Shown here piece by piece: positions 10,801 to 16,962 of a DNA stretch of 64,000 bases. The DNA is taken from assembly GCA_964387845.1 (NCBI GenBank), contig CAYLXA010000010.1, positions 32,001 to 96,000 of the forward strand. Direction: 5' to 3'. The DNA is from an uncultured bacterium (GTDB lineage: Bacteria; Omnitrophota; Omnitrophia; Omnitrophales; Abzuiibacteriaceae). The translations under genes were made by a program, and so were the position numbers. Position 1 is the first letter of the stretch. Each line of letters starts with the position of its first letter. The notes under the pieces were generated by a model, which was not told where the DNA came from, did not search any database, and was given only the letters and a program-made list of their open reading frames with translations.

Positions 10801-13800
10801 ACATCATCATTACTTCCCCGATACTGGTACCTTTATTGAAATTTCCTTTTACATATTTTTCAAAGAAAGATTGTTTTAATATATTGAGATCCCCTTTACT
10901 TTTTTGCAAGATTCTTAATGCGGCATAACCTTCGGCAAGTAACGCATCGTTATCAATATATTTCAAACCAGATCTAAGTTTTTTTCCAAATTTATGCGTC
11001 AATTCGTGAGCAATTAGAAGACGGAGTCCCCACCCAGAGCCCATGCGTTTTAATTCGTTAGGATTAATTCGAATTCCATAATCAAATCCCGTGGCAAGCG
11101 TGTCGGGAAGCATTGCCACAGCAGTCGGTTTATTTTTAATCCAGATTGTTACGCCGACAGCAGCCAGACCGATAGCAGCAAAACCAAATAAAAAATCACG
11201 ACGTGTTAGTTTTTGTTTCGATTTAGTTTTATTTTTTCTTTCTAAGAAATATTTGAGGGAAAATATTGAGAAAATTCCGCTCAACAATGATAAGAAAATG
11301 GATAAGAATGTTAGGTATGCTTTTGGCTGCTCGATTGCAACCCCTATTGAGTCTGTTAAACGATTAATCAATTCTTCTTTTTGTTGCACAGATAAATCAA
11401 CGGCGTAACGATTTATAAAAAACTCAACTTCTTCCCGTACAATTTTTCTCTGTTCTTGGTCTAATTGAAAAACAAACGGTTTGTTCGATTCGCGCAACTC
11501 GGAACGGGATTTTCTCAAATCTATGTCAAGTAAATGCTGCAAAGCTAATCTCACCTTCTCTTCTTCCATGCCATCCAACTCTTGAAGTTGCCGGTCTGTA
11601 AATGCTTGGATCAAGCGTGCCATGGCTATGGACCGTGTAGAAAATTGATGCAGGTAATCATCAACGATCTGTTTTTGTTTTGCGCTTACTTGTTCCATCG
11701 AAATTTCGTTACGAGGAGGAAGGTTAAATGGATTTGGCGAACTATCATTTTGATTTAAATCATCGTAAGCTTGCCACAGAGCTCCGTTCTTACCGTAAAA
11801 ATATTTGCCCCACAATTGCATTCTGATATCTGAAACTTCCTTCCATTCTTTGTCGGCATCATTGATATCGGTTTCAAAAACGTATGGCGCTTTTTCCTCA
11901 TTAATTCCAATCGACGCCTCAAGCGGACCAAAAATAAGCGCCCCAGATTCAGAATCGACAGTGTTAAGGCCTTCTTGAACATAGCCATGCAGGGTATGAT
12001 TCATGAGCCAATTGAAATAATCATGCACAACTTGATTAAATCTCTTCGCACTCATTGATCTTCCATTCCAATGCTCTGCGAGAAGCCTGTCAAAAGCGCT
12101 TTTCTCTCTCGACGCGCCATTTTCTATAGGTTCTGAACGCAGCTCGGCCCTTGAGCCGAGCGGGCTCAAGGACGGCTTCGGCATCGCAGCTCGTTGCGGC
12201 AAAGTCCGAGCCGCCCTTTGTTGCAGCAGTTCCGACTTCGAATCGGCTGGAGTCGAAGTACGGACAGTCCTCAACTCCGCTCGAGCTGAGGACTCAGCGT
12301 GGACGGGGTTTAAATTAGGTGCTTTTTTTACAATTTTATTATCGCTATTTTTTATATTGACAAAGCCCTGATTGTTTGATATAAAAAAAGTCCCTTCGCG
12401 CGCAAACTTTAGGAAAGAAGAGAAAATACGATGACCAAAATTCCAAAGCCCGGCTCCGAATATTCTGAAGAGCGTGAATTCCGCGTCATTTTGGAGCATC
12501 TTGAAAGCCAGTTCCGTACTTTTGGTGAGGGGATGAACCGGATGGAACAAAAACTTCAAAAACTGGACGGCATTGATCGCAGACTGACTAGCGTAGAAGA
12601 AGATGTTGGATTGATTAAGGTCAATCTTAAACAAATTAATATTGATCTTAGAGAAGTCAGAGGTGATATCATGGTTCTGAAAACTGACGTTAGAGTCTTG
12701 AAAAGCGCTTTCAAACCATTCACCGCCCAAGTTTCCGATCACGAGCACCGGATTTCCGCTCTTGAGCGTTCCCGTTAAACGCAATTCCGATCGACTTAAA
12801 GGTAGCTGCAATACCTTCGTGATATGATTTTCAACCCATGGCCATAATTCTTTTGTGATAGATTTGAAATAATCGGAAGAAACTTGATACGGGCGCGCGC
12901 CAAACTGGATCTGATTGGCCAAATCAACCAAATCTATTAAGTGCCGCGCATCGGCTCCGATGAGATAGAAAAGAAATAAGTATTCCTGGGCAATTGTCAA
13001 ACCACCTTTATTTTGCCGACTAATGACCAGGAATGCGTGATATCTCAAAGATTCTTCCAAGATCACCTCTGGATTCCCTTTTGAATCAAACAAGCGAGCT
13101 TGTTTGATCCTTTGATTGAACAATGCCGTGTTGCGCTTTTGCTTTAATGCGTTTTCTATAAACAACGGGTGATACAAATCTTGATTGTATGCCCAGTGCA
13201 GAAAACGGAATTGGCTGAAACTCTCGTAAAATTCGGATGAAATATTTTCAGCAGCTAATCTTGAGATATCGGATAAATGTTTAACTGCAAAATTGGGAAT
13301 TCCTGATTTTTGAGGCCACCTTCTTTCTCCTAACGGAATTTTCTGAAATTCTTGCATAACACCTTGTAATTCTGAAACATTTTTCGGCATCCAATTTTTT
13401 GATTTTGACAAATAATGAACCCCATAAGCTTCCCTGACAATGACAGATGCCAAGTTTTCAACAAAATAATCCTCGGCATATGGAAATTGGTTAATCAATT
13501 TCACGGAATCAAAAAAAGATTTCACGTTGATTTCTAAATCGATTTTTCCGTTCTCATCAATTGTTTTTTGAAAATGAATCCCCAAATTAGCTGCTTCCTG
13601 CGGCAGCAGTTTAGCCTGTTTGACTAATTCGGAGTAATTCTTAAGAATGTCAGTATTCGGATATCCTTTGGCAATTAACCAGTCGATTGTTTTTTGAATA
13701 GCGTTTTGAACACTTGCTAAATCGGCACGCGAAAGTTGAATCTCGTCCATCAGGGATTTATTTTGTTTAAAAGATTTTCGAACGGCGTAAATCGTACCTG

Positions 13801-14236
13801 CTATCAATGAACCGCTGACGGTTAAGCCTAGCCCATATTTAATAACGGTTCTTCGTGATAAATCCGTTCCTCCTTTTGTCTCTTTTGTTTTATCTTTTTC
13901 TTTTGTTCTCAGCTCGGACTTCTTTTGAGTATTTCGTATCTCGTGAAACGTATCTCGGTGCAGCGGCTCAGCGTGGTTTGCTTCGGGATTCGTGACCCGC
14001 GTATCGTGTTTCGCAACCGATTCACGATTCACGAACGACGATTCACTGGATTGATTTTGCACCAAACTTCTCAACTCGGAAAGTGCGGCGGGAGAATTGG
14101 CGGTGAGGCGCGGGACGTTCAGCGACGGAACGGAGGAAGCATAGGAATTAGGAATGGACGGAGATAGTCCGATGGTGTTCTGGATTGAAAAGCAGAAGAT
14201 GATCAGAATCGCGGTAATTTTAAGGTATTGCTTCAA
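1892..14236 (-). CDS. Giant (4114 aa) modular membrane-anchored polyprotein. It has an N-terminal signal peptide, several TM helices, a SAM-methyltransferase-like module, an HD-domain module, two HExxH zincin-like motifs and a propeller-like region, all separated by a recurring [RK][SA]ELR motif
   Basis: The reading frame stays open for 12,345 nt, which cannot happen by chance. The start is probably TTG at 14236, preceded by AGGAAA. The N-terminus MKQYLKITAILIIFCFSIQNTIG is signal-peptide-like. Motifs seen: VLEIGTARDG...DLIIASSVLYW (class I SAM-MTase), FIVLHDIGKK...HEL...KHH (HD), AHELTHKFG and IHEGTHLIN (HExxH). Seventeen [S/A]ELR motifs are spread through the protein. Confidence 0.75.
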   Translation of the reverse strand: MKQYLKITAILIIFCFSIQNTIGLSPSIPNSYASSVPSLNVPRLTANSPAALSELRSLVQNQSSESSFVNRESVAKHDTRVTNPEANHAEPLHRDTFHEIRNTQKKSELRTKEKDKTKETKGGTDLSRRTVIKYGLGLTVSGSLIAGTIYAVRKSFKQNKSLMDEIQLSRADLASVQNAIQKTIDWLIAKGYPNTDILKNYSELVKQAKLLPQEAANLGIHFQKTIDENGKIDLEINVKSFFDSVKLINQFPYAEDYFVENLASVIVREAYGVHYLSKSKNWMPKNVSELQGVMQEFQKIPLGERRWPQKSGIPNFAVKHLSDISRLAAENISSEFYESFSQFRFLHWAYNQDLYHPLFIENALKQKRNTALFNQRIKQARLFDSKGNPEVILEESLRYHAFLVISRQNKGGLTIAQEYLFLFYLIGADARHLIDLVDLANQIQFGARPYQVSSDYFKSITKELWPWVENHITKVLQLPLSRSELRLTGTLKSGNPVLVIGNLGGEWFESAFQDSNVSFQNHDITSDFSKININLFKIDLNQSNIFFYASQSAINAVQFLKFLFHPVHPLTKSTELAFKMLQNDAEFTLFRIFGAGLWNFGHRIFSSFLKFAREGTFFISNNQGFVNIKNSDNKIVKKAPNLNPVHAESSARAELRTVRTSTPADSKSELLQQRAARTLPQRAAMPKPSLSPLGSRAELRSEPIENGASREKSAFDRLLAEHWNGRSMSAKRFNQVVHDYFNWLMNHTLHGYVQEGLNTVDSESGALIFGPLEASIGINEEKAPYVFETDINDADKEWKEVSDIRMQLWGKYFYGKNGALWQAYDDLNQNDSSPNPFNLPPRNEISMEQVSAKQKQIVDDYLHQFSTRSIAMARLIQAFTDRQLQELDGMEEEKVRLALQHLLDIDLRKSRSELRESNKPFVFQLDQEQRKIVREEVEFFINRYAVDLSVQQKEELINRLTDSIGVAIEQPKAYLTFLSIFLSLLSGIFSIFSLKYFLERKNKTKSKQKLTRRDFLFGFAAIGLAAVGVTIWIKNKPTAVAMLPDTLATGFDYGIRINPNELKRMGSGWGLRLLIAHELTHKFGKKLRSGLKYIDNDALLAEGYAALRILQKSKGDLNILKQSFFEKYVKGNFNKGTSIGEVMMMYVDQLPAELDRSLREAGDKAYEYAEENAIGMTRQNFGVFDPNPLTDKGQGWMYPYAVINAFIAWKLSNGNADLAFDYMDMRGKGVSVREAVKLIRQKQSQSRSELRQNSETMQIVPKPRPSSSRRISKEEDLSQTDALPYLASLSNEERQYRESQLFAHQITVSDFIRLGRISTAALLDRADLLERAWLLSPESHSALLKTDDPRLFMVNWDEQKLLAAAGEGRFISYVSSQTQKIGNTTGGEAGLGIQVDPQESYRFLIREMELADHFRTNKVRDSSRSQLLRDFLMGQRAQPSGFMIPRRLHAYQDSIFQRLQKRRPPFITSFSYLRNGQLHEAKVPVKWALFQYPTGEPRVIWTRDSADDKRRPQMQVHLLPFRPAVGTLEFDALTGFQPKQGIIFPDQFEQVRKELFHLTFQRESGPPAVRILKEAVLKHVRKGKYANTVFFPLPKAKNMRRLYLPSQYFSNRDDLEITVFSFKQNVYWRVRRIARGKVSNKPEHQVVFYVDLETKQFLKDEEEFQRRIQQWIKTGEEPLPIEPKTITHSHNHNRHQTGIFLKPKNTRFFIPLRPKWAGVGTPEKPRRFFMVFRNVQEKQDGRTFTKRIDLYSTNPKTDRKGHLVDFVYSAYLTDRGLVGVQKFVPGPLEGTERYLIQLEAKRLGYWAETGNLKITKAGRDRKPLSPTKSSEQTWQQWTDERGLHQDRALKQLFKNAKLIIEPTMSQDEFEEFDRRQRKSRILKIQIRSSLNKAKKHTQSSELLHAVRWLGLAGRALHLIYELNLIGAVDAKQLEDWRDELIEYEKNFEGRYGLYLDQIPEGELIQNRILLGLDIRRAGEKPAFVSWKKYFRKMKRQIDRIAASFNAKNALTHIGIEEAVSTFQKNQSSNGRNQFEPARIYRGLAEQIARAQNGNGNMESLFIRAQKEVGYAIRDWTKQNGPIHWWIKDQMLEAVLSEQLPVRSKVHVSNHRSELRKRGVPFEYPTEGSVRRELKKREKKKWKSHARELTRGKHRDRALYNAAKRFGIQLPAAPLSLKYSTRASVHKAKRIRKKKGLNNHREALMYGEHRDRALAHAAAEFNIKLPSGNSRAELRASENGRKNKERRQGVKSEEPAKKFWLPSRRQIIIGAGTTALFAAWPILRWIRTPEFLPEIQAVVDRLEKIASEISNLDDQKTALKFIEAFKKNPVLDDTLLSSLQRHSYARIKTSLDGSVTHVTINRDFALHFPPLIIKYVMIHEGTHLINAALAREADEGMKYLIDFVKQLHGKSDMEPLITSPEAFKKVVRSVDMHLEDEWLAYRREYRALVRDLNQMGNAQRFTQKLFEGLGNDLQSQRRNAVVLQYFQSVIAQLDANKEPDELTIKANVLRSILEADWVARGLPESQGFYGMFLVFVYQKVRGTADQFIIAPNPGNSRMSLRVTDYRRLVQWIKEQRSELRQYGPASALDELVKQLSGIPDQYADFLETPHYHSLFHREGGQNAKLQDHLQAILSALNQIDRNTTAPKDAINLIKDWNAKDRAILEAFIVLHDIGKKTKMQFKENGDHSFPGHELESFRVLSDNHIHFGEMDVSSNALLKLIIKHHIFAFSIHRAQQLEKLRQEFEQAGIRGEDQFNQAIELMIATTTLDLLGSYATDDGQHVSLDPVVNFLRTFSNYKKIVQLKKDIGYDSLELSQKSNLDSKILGALGKEQGEITDQMIAEARAQIKKLMEAKPETRSELRQNNERFFHISSQDMPREMVARGNAAYILTSFTGDILAVDLDRKALMSEKWSNGRLNLSDEVKKIDPEARINSLAVSEDGQTLYAAYYRKTDVHPVDDRARKGQAYIHAFRMSDGKPDHAKFEKGVLDLKQVFPDEIVSTPLITFTQGVLFFTGLGSSKVYALDPVSGHLRTDKLKEGVYERNAKLFQYVRYLRSNQDHLILDSHAPLSGIGVVDIKTGELVYQAGNLLGEVTINQKPYQLFTQDWPNSIFGNTAYLHVAPHRLNREDPEVGSAIVALDRRSNQIDQTQFENGLLHFPKDYLPLALSVEGSTMHVAGYVTSRRDIFMSSIDLQENQGAAKSAPAHNEVPGSDINRKARAELRGEEDVMISSGTAPLILHGLREIDSLKKDYWKGKRVLEIGTARDGSILEWLRQKGADVIVADIDENAVQFAKERFGASAVQADILDLSQFADQQFDLIIASSVLYWALITNHAETKQHYRNLDDEAVWDYVREEGMPILQLKPGIEIWSTERASRAARSIRRILKPKGIFATTFYNQLEGAWDSPTGRIRADHRMPETIFQKFIDGGLQVMKTIKNEQGQALFFGIASLKSELRKDNQRPKTLDSSLVMRDSWLGTATRTASSTDVNLTSTTASLASTRSIRTANPLTPSAMAEMSFRKDSTSAPTSLAVNSRSTILNSPFQFVREEDFLISNKRGPVNIENSDNKIVEKAPMANHSRPDDAKSELRAKSNADFIPNFDNPKWKTYTVKLNNPYSPRDPVLLQIVRAGRQNYQILVGFDEGYGYESTGSVGFYLDSNKLITSQFKPFDNFSANYYHKWSKQKIAKVIMAWIAQAAYQTNRTIESGFTGNLRLVNLREKFFADEVWVKNNQPDEYGQWEPLKAIGYHHFNHQIFGRIEVYVQENSRHKWRLIELDGDGLPDRVYRVINGWDLRFVYIDGKGNIYKFVQGRRGSKVGVLDDWQNYGALSHRGKPRPDRKLSRTKEPPTYNKKVFPRGGHQRRLKTETGVSREKRRRSSRSKLRFSDPKSAALAKLVIPPSSELRVINQENNISDVSFESLTWESVIAPEIKGRAANSANQFEEAYATLPHSSIQEAVSLTAGQSEAIETDDNQTIIVYGVAPGMLENLPIAYAGATVMRKSGPVVIFGGTQMQASFLKNHFFRDDNANHSVNIVTRTNATTVLKGITGNNIKFVLYGVEGKDEHFADQLRSELRNVQFESRLESPDQLTTRFGVDQIAESLRSELRAAWAQLTAA
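3558..3586 (+). promoter_or_regulatory. Consensus sigma70 promoter (TTGACA, 17-nt spacer, TATAAG) driving the nested antisense small ORF A
   Basis: TTGACA lies at 3558-3563, the spacer gggccccgtttatttga is 17 nt, and TATAAG lies at 3581-3586. An AAGGAG RBS sits at 3612-3617 and the ATG at 3627. An AT-rich UP-like tract lies upstream. Confidence 0.55.
3627..3863 (+). CDS. Small ORF A (78 aa) nested antisense inside the giant gene; paralog of ORF B
   Basis: It has a perfect promoter and RBS. The protein MVEREFTAREVGALVESFRNDISAIAEGVSG...LTSVEDAV...NHESRITKLESKVFGR shares EREF, ESFR, LTSVE(D/E)D/A and HE.RI..LE with ORF B. The stop codon abuts an RSELR-encoding motif of the giant gene. Confidence 0.5.
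   Translation: MVEREFTAREVGALVESFRNDISAIAEGVSGLAVRMDRVEARLAVVEVKLTSVEDAVRVAVPNHESRITKLESKVFGR
4215..4540 (-). other. SAM-dependent methyltransferase-like module within the giant ORF
   Basis: Encodes GKRVLEIGTARDGSILEWLRQKGADVIVADIDENAVQFAKERFG...FDLIIASSVLYW, matching Rossmann motif I and post-I of class I methyltransferases. Confidence 0.6.
5900..6420 (-). other. HD-domain (metal-dependent phosphohydrolase) module within the giant ORF
   Basis: The H...HD...H...H pattern is present as LQDHLQA, FIVLHDIGKK, FPGHELES and KHHIF. Confidence 0.55.
7091..7115 (-). other. HExxH motif (IHEGTHLIN), candidate zincin metallopeptidase site in the giant ORF
   Basis: The motif is read directly from the translation. 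No further family assignment is possible without an HMM search. Confidence 0.4.
10988..11020 (-). other. HExxH motif (LLIAHELTHKFGKK), candidate zincin metallopeptidase site in the giant ORF
   Basis: The motif is read directly from the translation and resembles ImmA/IrrE- or SprT-like minimal zincins. Confidence 0.4.
12357..12385 (+). promoter_or_regulatory. Consensus sigma70 promoter (TTGACA, 17-nt spacer, TATAAA) driving the nested antisense small ORF B
   Basis: TTGACA lies at 12357-12362, the 17-nt spacer is aagccctgattgtttga, and TATAAA lies at 12380-12385. An AGGAAAGAAGAG RBS precedes the ATG at 12431. About 36 of 40 nt upstream are identical to copy A (tacaattttattatc[a/g]ctatttt[c/t]tatattgaca). 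Confidence 0.55.
12431..12778 (+). CDS. Small ORF B (115 aa) nested antisense inside the giant gene; paralog of ORF A
   Basis: The protein is MTKIPKPGSEYSEEREFRVILEHLESQFRTFGEGMNRMEQKL...LTSVEEDV...DHEHRISALERSR. It is coiled-coil-like and homologous to ORF A. The stop codon abuts an SELR-encoding motif on the opposite strand. Confidence 0.5.
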   Translation: MTKIPKPGSEYSEEREFRVILEHLESQFRTFGEGMNRMEQKLQKLDGIDRRLTSVEEDVGLIKVNLKQINIDLREVRGDIMVLKTDVRVLKSAFKPFTAQVSDHEHRISALERSR

Positions 14237-14333
14237 GCGAAGTTTCCTACTTTCTTAAGAAGTAGTAAAGTGTACCTTAAAATACCGGATATTTCAAATT
14301 TACGACCTAATAATTAAAAGTAACAGATAAAGT

Positions 14334-14609
14334 TTATCTGAAATCTTTATACTTATCATTCAGCGTTTTTTGGATATCTTTTACCTGCGCTTTTGCCTGC
14401 TCGCCCAACCCAATTTGGGTCTGAGTATAACCGCCGGTTAATTGATCAAACAGGCCTTGTGAGGCGGCCTGCTTTCCCTGCTTCGGATGTTTTTGTTCCT
14501 TCTTCCCGATCCACTGGTCTAAGTAGCCCATTTTCCCCGCGATTAAGAACATAATGATAATCAGCGCAATTAAAAGATTGATTAAATTGAACCCTTTTTC
14601 GTTTTTCAT
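14334..14609 (-). CDS. Small (91 aa) membrane or secreted protein with a prepilin-like N-terminal hydrophobic segment (atypical, Asn at +5)
   Basis: The internal start MKNEKGFNLINLLIALIIIMFLIAG is preceded by AAAAGGAGA. The longer 154-aa ORF version overlaps the upstream gene and was rejected. Confidence 0.45.
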   Translation of the reverse strand: MKNEKGFNLINLLIALIIIMFLIAGKMGYLDQWIGKKEQKHPKQGKQAASQGLFDQLTGGYTQTQIGLGEQAKAQVKDIQKTLNDKYKDFR

Positions 14610-14620
14610 GATGTCTCCTT

Positions 14621-15781
14621 TTAAGAAATCATTCTCAAAATTTGGGCACATAAAAGCCCGGCGTAAGTTCCGGCGATATTTCCCAAAATGCCGAGCAAGA
14701 GGCCAACAGGTGCAAGCTGCGGATGATAAACCGCCGCCACAATCGGCGCCGACACCGGCCCGCCGATATTCGCCTGGCTTGCGGCAGCGGCAAGGCACAT
14801 CGGCGATCTTGTGATCCGGGATGCGGCAACTAAAAATGCCGCATGAATCAAAACAATGAGAAATCCCGCCGCAATCAATATCGGCACTCCGCCGATTTCA
14901 TTCAAATTTGCTTTTGCGCCGATCGATGCCAAGACAAGATAAAGCAGCCCATAGCCGATTTTTGAGGCGCCGTAAGATTCTAATTTCCTCACACGCGTAA
15001 ACGAACCCAAAATGCCAATCGCGGTCGCGATTAAGATGGCCCAGGTCGTCACAGAAAATCCGGCGGTTACCGGAACCAACCGGGCCAAATAAATTGAGAT
15101 GATGAGGCCGATAAATGCGGTGCACAAAATTAATCCTGTTTTTTGCGCAGACAAGCGTACCCCCGCCCCTTTCGGAACCGTCCCTTTAGCTCCGAGCGAA
15201 ACAACCATTCTCTGATTTGATTGATTCCATTGGTCGTAGCGGTGCTGAAATGTTTGGAGCGCAATCAAAATAGCCATCCACGAATAAGCAACGACGATAT
15301 CGACAATCACCATCGGCAGAAAAATAGGATCCGGAACCTGAATTGCTTCTTTGACGGCAATCATGTTGGCGCTTCCGCCGGTCCAGGACCCGGAAAGCGC
15401 CGCAAAACCCATCCACGCATCAGTGCCGAGCCATGGCTTAAAAATCGTCACGACAATGAGCGTTCCGGCAAAAATTCCGGCACTTCCTGCGAACATCATG
15501 AAAAGCGCATACGGGCCTAATTTTAAAATGGCGGGAATATCAACACCAAGCAGAAGCAAAATCAAACTTGCCGGCAAAAGATAAGTTGAAATAGCCGAAT
15601 AAACAACGCTTTCCGACGGAATAATTCCCGCAGCGCTGAAAATCATCGGCAAAAAATAAATCCAGAAAACGGCGGGGAGAAAGCGGAAATATTTTGAAAA
15701 TTTTGGCTGAGACGACATTCGAAGAACTGATAACTCGATCGTGATTAAGGCAATCACAACGAGAATAGGATTTTGCATCAC
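14621..15781 (-). CDS. Polytopic integral membrane protein, DUF819-like putative transporter
   Basis: The 386-aa product has 10 or more predicted hydrophobic helices. It is translationally coupled to the upstream epimerase gene through a 4-nt overlap. Confidence 0.65.
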   Translation of the reverse strand: MMQNPILVVIALITIELSVLRMSSQPKFSKYFRFLPAVFWIYFLPMIFSAAGIIPSESVVYSAISTYLLPASLILLLLGVDIPAILKLGPYALFMMFAGSAGIFAGTLIVVTIFKPWLGTDAWMGFAALSGSWTGGSANMIAVKEAIQVPDPIFLPMVIVDIVVAYSWMAILIALQTFQHRYDQWNQSNQRMVVSLGAKGTVPKGAGVRLSAQKTGLILCTAFIGLIISIYLARLVPVTAGFSVTTWAILIATAIGILGSFTRVRKLESYGASKIGYGLLYLVLASIGAKANLNEIGGVPILIAAGFLIVLIHAAFLVAASRITRSPMCLAAAASQANIGGPVSAPIVAAVYHPQLAPVGLLLGILGNIAGTYAGLLCAQILRMIS

Positions 15782-16917
15782 GATGAGATTGTGTGCCTAA
15801 CGGGTTCGGTCCCGATTCCTGATTTAATTTTTTCTAAATCATACGTTCCGTCTTTACCCGCAAAATTTTTTGTCATGATTTTGTCTTTGATGAAAAACGG
15901 CGCATCCAGGTCCACAAAATCAAACCCGCCGAATCCGGCGGCAAAATGTGCCGCCGCGGTGGTCGCAAGCTCCGATTCCATCATTTGGCCGATCATGAGT
16001 TTTAAATTCGATTGCTTGGCCAGCCGAGCGGCCTCCAAGGCCTCCAGAAGGCCGAATTTCATGAATTTAATGTTAATCGCATTTGCCGCACGTTTTTTAA
16101 TCAGTTTTTTGACATCCGCAAGCGTGGAAACGGTCTCATCCGCAACAACCGTTAACTTGCCTTCGCGCGTTACCTTGGCAAGGCCTTCCCAATCATTCTT
16201 CGCAACCGGCTGTTCGATTAAAACAGGTTCGATTTTAAATTTCCGGAGCGTTTTTAAGAAACGGATCGTTTCTTCGGCTGTCAATTTTGCGTTTGCATCC
16301 AAATAAATCACCGAATTTTTGATCACTTTCTTAATCCGTAAGGTTCTTTCAAGATCAAGCTCTTCCCCGGCCCCGATTTTGATTTTAAAAGTGCGAATCC
16401 CGCGTTTTAAAATATTTTTAGCCGATTTTTCGGCATCTTCCGCACTGCCGAGCACAATCGTCATCGCGGTCTTCAACTCTTTTGGTTTTGATCCGAAAAA
16501 TTTCCAGAACGGGATTTTCTGGCTGCGCGTCAATGCATCCAAAAGCGCCATTTCAAGCGCCGCCAGTGCAGCTTTGTTTTTGGCTAATTTTTCACGGGAT
16601 GAATTTGAAATATCCACACAGGTAGAAAAATCTCTCCCCGCAAGTTCTTGCGCAATTTGATTCAAATGGCCCAATGTTTCTTCGACGGTTTCGCCGGTAA
16701 TGTGCACTGCAACACCCGCTTCGCCATAGCCCGAAATTCCGTTGTCTAATTCAACGGAAAATAAAACATTGTCGAGGATATCGTGCTGGCCGAACGCAGT
16801 CCGGAAGGGCTGTGTGAGTTTAGCTTGAAGCGAAATTGCGGCAGCACTGACGATCGTGGCCCTCATTTTTATTGATCGATCTGAATAATTACTCATGGGA
16901 ATGAGGGCGGAGCTCAT
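15778..16917 (-). CDS. Enolase-superfamily enzyme, dipeptide epimerase or muconate cycloisomerase family
   Basis: KIKIG, LIEQP, VVADE and FMKFG..EA motifs of the mandelate racemase/MLE family are present. The real start is probably the ATG at 16866 (MRATIVSAAAISLQAKLTQPF...). Confidence 0.8.
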   Translation of the reverse strand: MSSALIPMSNYSDRSIKMRATIVSAAAISLQAKLTQPFRTAFGQHDILDNVLFSVELDNGISGYGEAGVAVHITGETVEETLGHLNQIAQELAGRDFSTCVDISNSSREKLAKNKAALAALEMALLDALTRSQKIPFWKFFGSKPKELKTAMTIVLGSAEDAEKSAKNILKRGIRTFKIKIGAGEELDLERTLRIKKVIKNSVIYLDANAKLTAEETIRFLKTLRKFKIEPVLIEQPVAKNDWEGLAKVTREGKLTVVADETVSTLADVKKLIKKRAANAINIKFMKFGLLEALEAARLAKQSNLKLMIGQMMESELATTAAAHFAAGFGGFDFVDLDAPFFIKDKIMTKNFAGKDGTYDLEKIKSGIGTEPVRHTISS

Positions 16918-16962
16918 TCTTTATAAAACAATTTGCTCCTCCAATGAAAATGAGACTCCGCA

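Noticed and set aside
2663-11408. Plus-strand ORFs inside the giant gene (2663..3124, 3947..4210, 4367..4606, 5239..5491, 7442..8374, 11091..11408 and others).
   Set aside because: These are short, lack promoter and RBS signals, and are antisense to a 12-kb ORF. Only the two ORFs with consensus sigma70 promoters and RBS (3627..3863 and 12431..12778) were kept.
1923-14085. The recurring 14-nt CGCAGCTCGGAGCG-like DNA repeat, considered as a possible CRISPR-like or spacer array.
   Set aside because: Spacing is irregular (100 to 2600 nt). Every copy lies in-frame inside one ORF and encodes the same peptide even where the codons differ. It is therefore a protein linker motif or recombination junction, not a CRISPR array.
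14334-14798. The 154-aa version of the ORF starting MPCRCRKPGEY...
   Set aside because: It overlaps the 3' end of the upstream DUF819 gene by about 180 nt in another frame. The internal ATG at 14609 has a strong AGGAGA RBS and begins the hydrophobic segment, so the short form was kept.
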